DNA of 64,000 nt from Macrostomum hystrix (Eukaryota > Animalia > Platyhelminthes). Under the pieces are notes generated by a model. The model saw only the letters and a program-made list of their open reading frames with translations. It was not told the DNA's origin and did not search any database. Position numbers and translations under genes: made by a program. Below, one piece after another: positions 47,796 to 58,736 of the stretch. The stretch lies in NCBI GenBank assembly GCA_950097015.1, contig CATNEN010000039.1, forward strand, positions 12,710,001 through 12,774,000. The letters are read 5' to 3'. How positions within the stretch are numbered: position 1 is the stretch's first letter; each line of letters opens with the position of its first letter.

Positions 47796-48235
47796 TGCCA
47801 GGCTGAAGCCAAACAATGGTTATTGGTTTGTTAAAACTGGTAGGCTACTGTGTGTCAGCTGTGAGCGGTTGAAATACTTGGTCATTTATTGATCATCGTA
47901 AATTAAAAGAAACAACAGTTTTGTCAGAGTCGCTAAAGTACTTGAGGAATCTTAGTTTATGAGATCAAGGAAATATAACATTTTACGAACTTGTGCCAAT
48001 TACGGTAACAGCTTAGAAAAAAGTAGATGAAAAAAGCTGAAAACACAAATAACTTGCATTAGCTACTCATAGTAGCTTGAGCAATATAAATTTGCTCAGC
48101 CTTTTAAATTTAGGAGGCAAAAGAATGCCTAAAAGTGACTTCAAGATCGTGTAATGAGCAGAGTTGCTGTTAGCTCGTATTTACAAAATGCTTAACCACT
48201 GCAGCTCTGGCTATGGCTTGGGGCCAATCTGCTGA

Positions 48236-48640
48236 TCAAGCACTCTTTCTCCTAGAAGCTGCTTCGTCCTCCTTCAGCAAGTAGTCGACCAGCTCGCGCA
48301 CAGTCTTGAAGTCTCGCTGGCTGCTGCTGGATGCCGGAACGCGCAGATCGGCGAAGCTGCGAACTCCAGCCAGGAGCAGGGCCGCGGCGCTGACAACGGC
48401 GACGCCCGCGAACGCAGCCGCGCTGCCACACGCGAGAGCGCGCAAAGCCAGGCGAGTACCGTCGGCGCGATTCCGGACAACTCCGGCGCTAGTAGAAATC
48501 TCGGTGGCTTCGCGGCGCCGGGCCAAGGCGACGGTGGCGCCGAAACCCGCGCCGGCGGAGGTGAGCGCTGTGCCGACGAGCAGCAGGGCCGGTCCGCAGC
48601 CGCCCAGCGGTCTATCGCCGGCTTTGTCAAGCTCGTCGGG
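48236..48640 (-). CDS. TMEM242: TMEM242-like membrane protein (no in-frame ATG in this exon)
   Basis: LLVGTALTSAGAGFGATVALARRR...GTRLALRALACGSAAAFAGVAVVS...GVRSFADLR resembles TMEM242 (..AGFITTLSLAKKK..LALRALGWGS..GVHS.). Exon begins after TTCGAATTCAG. Confidence 0.7.
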   Translation of the reverse strand, partial: PDELDKAGDRPLGGCGPALLLVGTALTSAGAGFGATVALARRREATEISTSAGVVRNRADGTRLALRALACGSAAAFAGVAVVSAAALLLAGVRSFADLRVPASSSSQRDFKTVRELVDYLLKEDEAASRRKSA

Positions 48641-49122
48641 CTGAATTCGAAAGTTTTTTATATCGCAGTTTGAATAATTTTTGACTAATACGAGTAAATA
48701 GTAACAGTAGAAATTCTAGGTAAAATCACGCAAGGAAATTCGCTGTTAACAAAGCTTTTTCTATACATATAGGATTAGTCTAAAAGCTAACCAGTACTAC
48801 TAGTTTTATTGATGAAATTGATGATGACATTAAACTAGTATTTCATGGCGTGCAACGATTCGAGGCCAAATAGCAATCAAGAGAAGATAATGCATTACTC
48901 GGAAACTTGAAAAAAGTATATAGCAAAAAACTGAAAGAAAAAACTAAACAAATTAGCTTCAGCTCAGCAGAAGTAAAAATGCACACCTTATATTTTTTAA
49001 CGCGATGAAACAAAATAACTGTTGAGAAAGGCTTTTAACTCCCAATATAAAATGCAATCTGCCTTGTAGCATATTTCCTTATTAGATCTGTGTACGCTAT
49101 GACTATGGTTCTGTTGTAGGTG

Positions 49123-49456
49123 CAGTGTGGGGCACATTGTGAGGGATGATATGTCAGTGTAGGGCACATTGTGAGGGATGATATGTCAGTGTAGGGCACA
49201 TTGTGAGGGATGATGTGTCAGTGTGGGGCACATTGTGAGGGATGATGTGTCAGTGTGGGGCACATTGTGAGGGATGATGTGTCAGTGTGGGGCACATTGT
49301 GAGGGATGATGTGTCAGTGTGGGGCACATTGTGAGGGATGATGTGTCAGTGTAGGGCACATTGTGAGGGATGATATGTCAGTGTAGGGCACATTGTGAGG
49401 GATGATGTGTCAGTGTGGGGCACATTGTGAGGGATGATGTGTCAGTGTAGAGCACA
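49123..49456. repeat. 32-bp minisatellite (CAGTGTGGGGCACATTGTGAGGGATGATGTGT), ~10 copies
   Basis: Tandem repeat with period 32. Confidence 0.95.
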
Positions 49457-49458
49457 AA

Positions 49459-51836
49459 TCACACCAAGCCAGGATGGAAGGCCGGAGTCTGCTGAAAGTG
49501 GAAGTATCTCATGGATTCGCCCAGGTCCGGGCCGCCGTTAAGTCTCATAGCCAGCAGGAGCCGCAGGTTGGTGAGCAGGTTTGAGGCCGAGTGTCTGAAC
49601 TGATTGGAGTGGGGCAAACGTACGCAGGCGGTGGCAACGCCTAGCTGGTTGGCAGCCTTGGCTGTGTGGCCGTACAGAGTGTTAACCCGATTGCCCAGGC
49701 AGGGCAGCACGTAAACAGCTTGGGGATTCCAGCACGTCAGCGGCTGGAGGGCGTCCTGGCACAGGTAGACCAGCTGAGAGGTTGGGGCCAGCTCGTGCCA
49801 ATGGCTCGGCGTGCACTGCAAGTCCGGGTTGGATTGGCCAGCCGCCGCTGACAGCTGAAGCCGTTCAACTCGGCGTTGCAGCCTGCCGTAAGGGGACAAT
49901 CCGCACAGGATCGGGCGGAACGGCAGCCGGTGCCGAAGATTGCACAGGCGTAGATGACCGAGCTGGCTGCAGATCTGCAGGCGTAGCGATAAGTACAGAT
50001 TCGACTACAAATCAATTAGACACATTTTCCAACTGCTTTACGCTCACGAGGACCAACTCACAAGGCAGTGAGAATAGTACAATGCCTGAAGATTAGAAAT
50101 GTACACACCCTGCGGGCCTAAGAACGTATTCTGTGCTCAGTGATGGGTGCAATGGGGAGAATTGCCTACTCAGTAGCTGCTGGTTAACCCTTTCCAACTG
50201 ACACCTGAGGATACAAATAATTTTCTTATGCTCACGGCTAATAACAATGGCTTGCGTGTCACTAAACCAATACTAACAGCACTGAACTCAGGACAAACAC
50301 AGTATACTAGGTGCGCAGGATTTTAATTCGATACGATAAGCGCGTATCATACTACCGGCCCTGACAGGGAATGTACGAGCGCGTATGTATACGCCAAAAA
50401 TGTACGGGGCGTATGCATCTACACCCTCTACCAACCCTACCACTCAACATGCCTCCCACCCTACTTCTCCCCATACTACCCAACCTGCCTCTATGTATGT
50501 TACTATGTACATCAAAATAGAACTCGTGTTTAAACTACGCAAGAGGTTGTAGCCTAGTGGTTAGGGTGTCTGACACACGACTTGAAGGTCGGAGTTCGAT
50601 TCTCGACTCCACCGGAACAATTTGCGTCCTTTAGCAAGACACTTAACTCTGCATTGCTTCAGCTCACCCAGCTGCTAAATAGGCACCAACATTAGCTGAA
50701 GTAAATGAGAGTGGGTGCGGCGTCCCACCCAGTCCATGGACTGAACAGCCGCACGCAGTCTTCAGATGCGCCGCGCAATAGCTGACAGGGTTAGTAGTAT
50801 TATTCGATGCGCGTTTTTCGCATCGAAATTCCGAAAAAACCACGAGGTCCTGCGCACCTAGTGGTGCAAACAGATTTAAGATTGGTGGATAATCAACTTG
50901 GGAAGGCGATGCTTTAAACAGCGGAGTGTAAGCTGACCATCACAAACCCAGTTTACATCCAGTTAAGCCAGATGTACAGACGCATAGTCGCTTCCGAATA
51001 CTGCATACAGCTGTTCAGTCCGTGGACTGGAAGGGGGCCGCCAAACCCTCATGTCTGAACTGAAGCATTAGTTATTCAAGGACAAAATGTCCCCTTCAGG
51101 CCGCGATTCGAACTCCATACCTCCGGGGCAAAAATCTAGCCAAGTCGAGCCGAGACTAACCATCAGGCACTAATGGACACAAATTAAAACGCTACTATAA
51201 GTTGAGTTACGCGCATTTGCATTGACTGACAGTGAGTAAATCCGCATAGAGCAGATGATCCTCCCAGCCAGCGTCCAACAGCAGAGGCGGACAGTCGGGC
51301 CATTCGTGAGCCAGCCTAGCCCAGTAGAACTCATCCAGACAGTTGTCCTCCAGCTGTACAATGCCATTTGCATCCACCCTGCCCACCGAGTTGGCTATAG
51401 CTAACTCGCTATTCAATTCGTCCTCCTCGGCTTGACAGCGTCGAATCGCGCGCAGTACGAGCAGCAGCTGCAGCCGGTCTGGCGCCGACAGCACCTCCGT
51501 CCAATCGTTAGCGTCTAGCCGAGTCAGATCCGGAACAACCTCGCCGGCCAGCTCCTTGCCGGCTGACTCAGCCTGCACAGCCAATAGGCTGCGCCGCACA
51601 GCTAGCCGACGCTCGGCCTCCGGCAAGCTGGAATCCAGCGCAGTCGGGCAGACGCAGTCCAGCAAGGGCGACAGAACCCGAAGCAAGCGAATTCGGCCGC
51701 CAACAATGGCATCCGGACTGCGCTTCGGCGCCCGTCTGTCATCTGACTTGAAGCTGCTGAATCTCTGACCAATGCTGGCGCGCCACAAATGATAGCAGCG
51801 CTGCGACTGCCGCTGATTGGTCAGGCAGCGCTGAAA
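49459..51836 (-). CDS. Trm10-family SPOUT protein, TRMT10C/MRPP1-like; exons ~51836-51231 and 50004-49459
   Basis: PPLLLDAGWEDHL...ICSQL...PFRPILCGL...LVYLCQDA...AVYVL...AKAANQLGVATACVRLP aligns by eye to the Trm10 domain. Arg/Ser-rich N-terminus looks like a mitochondrial presequence. Exon borders tentative. Confidence 0.62.
50306..50862. mobile_element. Non-autonomous element with 15-bp terminal inverted repeats (MITE-like), containing a SINE
   Basis: ACTAGGTGCGCAGGA (50306) and TCCTGCGCACCTAGT (ends 50862). Confidence 0.5.
50543..50803 (+). mobile_element. tRNA-derived CORE-like SINE
   Basis: A box TAGCCTAGTGG and B box GTTCGATTC, then GTCCTTTAGCAAGACACTTAACTC...TTGCTTCAG (CORE-like) and a short TAG/TAT tail. 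Confidence 0.65.
50985..51140 (-). mobile_element. Degenerate inverted SINE copy
   Basis: Reverse complement shares CCAGTCCA(C/T)GGACTGAACAGC with 50729-50749 and has a B-box-like GTTCGAATC. Confidence 0.45.
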
Positions 51837-52174
51837 CTGCAGAAAAACTGGCCAATGAGAGCTGGGCCAGCGCTGCTGAATAAAGCATGGATCGATAATC
51901 TACTGTCTAGACTGGGATCAGCAAATTCTAAAAAAAGGCTTGAGTCGATTAAGCTAGTAAAATAAATCAAACAGCTTAGAAACTCTGGATTTATTTGCAA
52001 ACTAACTCAGCTGAAAAATGAAATCAAGTATGGGCAAGCAAAATTTTGAAAGATGATATTTTATTGCGGGTTGAATGATTATGAGAACAAAAAACTCATG
52101 ATTGCTTTAGGCGCAAAGGTGAAGTCAAAGCAATAGTCTAATGCCATTGTCACAGATCTTCTGATAGAAGCAGT

Positions 52175-54200
52175 CTATTCAGAGTATTGCTTTACAATGT
52201 ACCGATGAAAGGCGATCAAATTGTTTAGTCGGGTGAGCAGAATGCGTTCGGAGCACTTCAGGCTGATGCTGCAATGGTAAGGGCGAAAACTGAGTAAATA
52301 TTCTGAATTGAGTTCTTTAGGCTGTTCATAAGCCTGATGAGTTCTTTAGGCTGGTCATAAGCCTGATGAGTTCTCTAGGCTGTTCATAAGCCTGATGAGT
52401 TCTCTAGGCTGTTCATAAGCCTGATGAGTTCTCTAGGCTGGTCATAAGCCTGATGAGTTCTCTAGGCTGTTCATAAGCCTGATGAGTTCTCTAGGCTGTT
52501 CATAAGCCTGATGAGTTCTCTAGGCTGGTCATAAGCCTGATGAGTTCTCTAGGCTGTTCATAAGCCTGATGAGTTCTCTAGGCTGTTCATAAGCCTGATG
52601 AGTTCTCTAGGCTGGTCATAAGCCTGATGAGTTCTCTAGGCTGTTCATAAGCCTGATGAGTTCTCTAGGCTGTTCATAAGCCTGATGAGTTCTCTAGGCT
52701 GGTCATAAGCCTGATGAGTTCTCTAGGCTGGTCATAAGCCTGATGAGTTCTCTAGGCTGGTCATAAGCCTGATGAGTTCTCTAAACTGGTCAAGGTGGCA
52801 CAATAGCCTACCTAACATAGAAGCCGCATCCGTCACTGAGAGGAGGCTGGCCGAACAAGCTACCAGGCAGCAGCCAGTGAGCCGCATCGTCTGTGACTTC
52901 ACTTCCGTTTAGCTTCCGAACCTGTCTGCAAAAGGCCAGGTCTGCGTCTGCCTCCTGATCGCCAACAGCAGCGCTCGCCAGCCAGGCCTTGGGCACGCTC
53001 AGTCGCAGGTAGACGCAGCCGCCGGCGCTGGGCAGCTGCGCCAGATGCTGGGTGACTGCGCCAGACTCGGCCAGGGCGCCAACAACAAGAGCCGCTTTGC
53101 GCCGAAGTCCGCCAGCGGCGACCGCCAATTCCGCTGAATAGGATTCGAAGGAGGCATCGCCAGGCTGCGGCGGGGACAGGTGGACGGCTAGAGCGGCCTG
53201 GCCGATCACAGGCGGGCAGGAGGTGCAGGCCAGCACAGTCAGGAGGGCTTCCCTCGCAGCGGGGTGCAGGTTCAGCAGCTCGCAGAAGCCAACTCGAAGG
53301 CCGGCTTCGCCGCCGCCGCAGAGGCCTTCGCTGAGCGAAGCCAACGAGGCAACTTCCAGGGGCTGCTGCAGCTGATGCTGGAACGAGACGGCATTCGGAA
53401 AATGACTAAGAGATAATTTTTTCAAGAATGAACGATGGGATAATGACAAACAGGATAATGACTAACGGGACAATGGAAAATAAATATAAAATGGCAAGTT
53501 TTCAGCATCGCTCACCTTTAGCTGCATCTCCAGCGCTATCTGCCGAAAGCCAACGAAGTTTTCGGCATCGAAAATGGCGAATTGCAGAGTCTCATCGGCG
53601 ATGACCAGCAGGCGGCGCCTGGAGGCGAAGGTGGCTGCTAGCTGCAGAGAGGCCATTGTCAGGAGCTGGCCAGTGGGATAGCCGGGATTCTGTAGCACCA
53701 GCAGGCGTGGCTCGCTGCCTGCTTCCACAGCCATCTGGTTTTGTTTTGTAAATCAGAGATTGATTATGCATTTCTTACCAGCAGCCTTTCTGTACACCTT
53801 AAAAACATGGATTTCAGAAGAACACTGAGTTGATATTTCACTCCTTATAAATCCATCTCGGTGGCTCACCTGATAGGCGGCCTCCAGCCCTGCCTCCTCC
53901 AGCTGCCAGCCTTCAGCCTGCAGTCTGTAGGTGACAGGCAGCACGCCAACCTGATCAGCGAATGCGGCGTACACTGGCCTACCCGGCGCGGGTATCAACA
54001 CTGATGCCGGCTTGGGCTTTCGTCGGCCGAAGCCTTCCAGTAGTAGGCGAACGGCCTCAACCGAGCCGCAGGTCACGTGAACATCGGCCAGCTGACTGGC
54101 GGCCTGACCGCCGTCGCGTCTAGTGAGAAATTCGGCGCACAATTGCCTAACAATGAGCTGGCCGCCAGTGTGAGTGTAAGTGCAAACGTACAGGTCGTAA
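52175..54200 (-). CDS. Divergent alanine aminotransferase (class I PLP fold)-like protein; 3' exons only (~54200-53870, ~53734-53516, ~53378-52812, 52268-52175)
   Basis: AEFLTRRDGG, VLIPAPGRPVY, LQNPGYPTGQ, LVIADE, CPPVIGQ, PPQPGDASFESY, LPGSLFGQ, FHRYIVKQYSE* track ALT/GPT. The PLP-binding Lys position is Glu. Confidence 0.8.
52308..52792. repeat. 29-bp minisatellite (CTGATGAGTTCTCTAGGCTG[T/G]TCATAAGC) in the last intron of the ALT-like gene
   Basis: About 16 tandem copies. Confidence 0.95.
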
Positions 54201-54497
54201 CTGATACAGAAATTTGTTTAGACATCTAAAAACTTTTGGAATTCTAAGAGTCCATCTTAGATACCTCAGAGGCGTTGATGTATATTGCTTGTGTCATGTA
54301 CTGCATAGCTGTAGCTACTCAACTGAGCCATTTCCACAGCCACTGCTTAATCTACATGCGTTACAAGCAAAATATGTATCATTCCCTTAGGAGGCACTGC
54401 GATGCAGATCTTCTTGCCCTCGTCGCTTGATCAAAAGAAGTCTAGCATCCATCAGTCAAGCATGATGCTGAGGACCAGTCTGCCGACCGCTGAGAGT

Positions 54498-55265
54498 CTA
54501 ACCTGCACCTAACCTGCTCAACGACCGCGGAGGCCGCTGCGGCCGCAGCTGGTCTCGAGGCGGCCCTGGCCAAGCTCCACGGACGCCCCAGCATGGCCGT
54601 CTGGCTGCTGTTCGACTCCCAAGCGCTCTTCGACCGGCTCCAGTCACAGCGTAAATGCCAGACAGACCACGCAACTGCACAGGCGTCCATTCTGCTGGAG
54701 CAGCTCGCCACGGACCACCGGCCCACTGTAATCTGGGTACCGGGTCACGCCGGGCTTGCGCTCAATAAAGAAGCCGACATTCTGGCACGCGGGGGCTGCA
54801 CGCTCCCGCAAGAGAACATGCCAACACCGGTTGCGGCGCTCAGAGCTGCTCTCAAGCGGCAAGGTCAAGCGGAAGACGACCGAGCTTACAAAGACCTAGT
54901 CCCTCTGGACCACCCACACCGACTCAGCGGCGGTAAACGGCTGCAGGTCGGCCGTGCCTGGCCTCGTGCGGCGGAGGTGGCGCTGTTCCAACTCAGGGCG
55001 AACCGCGCGCATTTCCTGCAAGCCACTCTACACCGCTGGGGCAAGGTACCCGCTGCGTCTTGCCCTCACTGCAACGCTCCCGAGGACACGCGGCACTTCC
55101 TGCTTGACTGCCCCAGGTGGGCCGATCAACGCCGCAACCTCCTCCATTCTGCTGGCTCAATGTCCCTCCTGTGGGAGGACCCGAATCGGGTGCGGATCTT
55201 CGTCGAGGCGACGGGCGCGCGCTCCATATGCCTAGCGAGGGATCCGTACGCCAAAAACAACAACA
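54498..55265 (+). mobile_element. 5'-truncated non-LTR retrotransposon (I/Ingi group; RNase H + CCHC)
   Basis: FDSQA...WVPGHAG...NKEADILA (RNase H), CPHC...HFLLDC, (CAA)n tail, TSD ACCGCTGAGAGT at 54486-54497 / 55266-55277. Confidence 0.88.
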
Positions 55266-57034
55266 ACCGCTGAGAGTGGCTTTCTGAGAGCTGAGAGCAC
55301 ACGAAAAGCTTGTCAAAAAACTAGAAAAGTGGCTCTGCTAGATGGGCTAGATAGATGACCTCACTTTGTAAACTCTTCTAAGGCTGAGCAGCCTGAAAGG
55401 TTAGGTTTAACAGAGCAAAATAGCATAATGCTCATTCACCTACCAAAAGGTGACATAATATGTGCAGCCAGCAAGGAGACAATTCTGTCCATTTTGGTGA
55501 CTTCTGAGCACTCATGCGCACATACTGTATGCAGGCATATGCTCACACAGGTGTGTACATTTGCCCTGACTTTCTGTTTGACAGGCAGTGTACATTTTTA
55601 CTAATTTACAGTGACATAGAGATTAGCTTTTAAGGGTGTACATTGCACAACAAACCCTCAAGCCTTCTTTACATGGCTGTGCCCCAAATAAATGTGGCCA
55701 GAAAATCAATTTTAGGGACCTTGGTACATAAGGCAAATACTTTAGAGCACTCTGCCACTCACCCCTTGAATGTGCTCCTAACACTTACATTAAAAAGGCA
55801 AAGATTGGCTTACTAAAAATAATAATACTGATGCCAGAGCTTTAACTAAAATAACAGCAAAAACTAAAATAGATATTTTTTAAGTCTTCTTATAGCAATA
55901 AAAGTGAAAATATTTGCCAAAAATTAGATATTCACAATAAGATACACTAGCTTAGAAAAGTTTTTTTACTCCATATGATGATACAAAACACATCTTAACA
56001 GGTCCATGATGACACCAAAATGTACTGCAATTAACTGCAACTGACTACAGTATAACTGAGGCAGTAGTATTTTTTCTAACATTGCTTTCAGAGCTGCTGA
56101 TGTCAGACTGATATTTCAAAATCTCAAAGTGATGATTTTGTTGCAAACTGAGTCATTATAATTAACTTATGGTAAAATATGTGCAAGTTTTAGATTTTAT
56201 ACATGAAACGAAAAAAAAGCAAAAATAACAAAAAAATCTTGACACTGAGATTATAAAAGTACTTGTGTATAATAACCAGCCATAGACTTTTATGTCAGTC
56301 TAAAGTAAGCTACTGTGAAGTTTAGCTTATAAATCTTTAATATTAAAATAATATTAAAAAGACTTGCACAAAAAAGTTTCAACTGCCTATTTGATGAAAA
56401 GACAGTTTTTAATCAATACCTCCAAAGTACAGAATAAAGCATGTACCCCAGAAGAAAATTCTGGGGTATACTCAAACATTTTGGCAAACATGTGGGCATA
56501 CAAAAAGTTATTTTTATAAATGAGCTGTTAATGTTAATGACTGGCATACATATTTAATATTTTAACATGTAAAAAGCAAATATAAAAAATGTTAAATTAT
56601 TAAAAAATAATAGTAACAATAATAGTTGCCCATGCTTTACTGTAAAGTTGAACAATAAACATAAAGCTAACTATAGTTTTTGCAAGTATTAAAGTTATGA
56701 TTCAAACAAGCACATTTCTTTTCTTGCTAAAATTGTAAAATATTGTAAAATTATAAATGCTTTTTAGAGTTTGTAACTTTGCAATACCTAAATGAAATAT
56801 TTAAAGACATTTAGAACTTTTAAGTATTTATTATTGTTGTACTCGTACTTTAACAATCTTTGTTGTTAGTTGACCAATGCCGCTGCTTAAGCAGCCATAG
56901 ACTGTTATGCACCCCACTTAACAAGTGTGCGAGGCCCAGCCCCTTGCATATATATGCACCTTCTTGCGTTCCCTTCTGCATCTTGCTTTAAGGACTTAGT
57001 TACAAGCTATTGCGGCTTTATAACAAAAGCAAGA

Positions 57035-57706
57035 ATGAGCGCATTAAAGTTCAGTGACATCATCAAGCAATTTGATGGCGACAAAGGTTTCTCACACTGG
57101 GCTCAGAAACTGGAGCTTGTTGCTAAACTGCAGAAGATCACTGACCTGGCTTCCTTTCTGCCACTTTTCCTAATGGGCAGTGCCTTTGCCATCTACCAAG
57201 GCCTAGACAAAGCCAGCAAGACTAACTACAAGACGCTCAGAGCAGCCTTGGTCTCTGCGTTCAGCCTCAACAAGTTCAAGGCCTTTGACGCATTTGTCTC
57301 CCAAAGACTGGGTCCTGGGGAGTCAGTGGATGTTTTTCTGGCCGACCTGACAAGGCTGGCATGCCTGGTCGACGAGATGCCCAGAGACGAATGGATAAAG
57401 TGCAAGTTCATTCTTGGTCTACGCAGCATAGTGAGTCAGCAGTTAGATGCTTTGTGCTCACTGGAAGAACTGGAGATCTCCATAATTGTTGAAAAGGCAC
57501 AAAGCCTCATGATTGATTGTGATTTCTGCTGTGTCAGAGCCAAGAATGCTAAGGGCGCGGAGAAAGCTGTTCAATGCAACAAGATCACCTGCTACTTGTG
57601 CAGCAAGGAAGGTCATCTCAGCCAAGAATGCCAGAGTTGCGGGAACCATACTAGACAGAGCTGCTACATCTGCAGAAACAGTGTAAATCCACCAAAAAAT
57701 GAGTAA
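57035..57706 (+). CDS. Gypsy gag-like protein (retroelement remnant)
   Basis: IKQFDGDKGFSHW...GESVDVF...CYLCSKEGHLSQEC. Confidence 0.75.
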   Translation: MSALKFSDIIKQFDGDKGFSHWAQKLELVAKLQKITDLASFLPLFLMGSAFAIYQGLDKASKTNYKTLRAALVSAFSLNKFKAFDAFVSQRLGPGESVDVFLADLTRLACLVDEMPRDEWIKCKFILGLRSIVSQQLDALCSLEELEISIIVEKAQSLMIDCDFCCVRAKNAKGAEKAVQCNKITCYLCSKEGHLSQECQSCGNHTRQSCYICRNSVNPPKNE

Positions 57707-58736
57707 GGGAAGCCCAAAATTTCTGCACAAATGGGCTTCCCAATGGATCTGCGCACCTGCCTTTGCTGATTGTTAATGTTAACAGTTCTACTGTTGTGGC
57801 CCTGAAGCTACGGAAGATGCGCACCACAGAGAGAGTCACCATGATGAATGGAGATGCAGCAGAGTGCAGATGGGAGGCAGATGTACTGTTGACTGTGTGC
57901 AGCAGCTGGGTATTGCTAAGTTGTCTTGTTCTAGAAATTCTACCCGGTTTCAACTTGCTTCTTGGTATGGATGCCATCATGCGATTTGGTGGCATCAATG
58001 TTAGCAGCGACGGCCACACTGTTTCCTTTGGTGCAAGTGGTCAAGTGAAAGACTCGTCATCAGCAGCGAGTGGCCCAGCGAGAGACTTGTCACTCGGTAC
58101 TCAAACCATGTGTGCTACTAAGTGAAGCCAAGTCGGCTTCTAGCCCATCAGGCTGTAATAACCGCATGCTGATCGAGGATGTGGACTTCTCTGCTTGGTT
58201 CGCAGATAGTAAATGGACAGTTGCATGGAAGTGGCTTGGAGAAGCTCCAAGCTTATTGGAGCTCGTAGCTAAGCTTGCAAGCACAAGACAAAAGAGAAAT
58301 TGGTGATATGATAATTGATAATTCCACAATGACAATGGGATAGTCATTACATTATAGCTATACTATATTATATGCACAATAGATTCATATAGATAAATCT
58401 ATGGTGTATATTAAACCTTGAAGATATACAAATAGTAAAAATAAAAGACATGAAAACTTCTGTATTTTAAATAATTAAGAAAATTTTTATTTTTATCAAC
58501 AAAAGTCCATGCTTCACATTACTTATAGAAACAAAATTCCTATGATTATTAATTTCAATTTTAATTGCTTTTATTTTTTATTCTATTTAATTTTCATTTA
58601 CATCTGTATCAAACATAATAAGCAAATGTAAACTTCTAATTAAGCTACAAAAGTATTCTGAATCTATTAAGCTAGTTTTGGTTGGGGATTTTTTAGTTAT
58701 GACTAAATCAAAACACTTTTTTTCACTTCTACAGGC

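Noticed and set aside
50543-50612. tRNA gene
   Set aside because: No proper acceptor stem, and it continues into a CORE-like SINE body, so it is called a SINE.
52308-52792. CTGATGAG in the 29-bp repeat resembles a hammerhead ribozyme core or C/D boxes
   Set aside because: No GAAA core element or three-stem arrangement in the unit; it is an intronic minisatellite.
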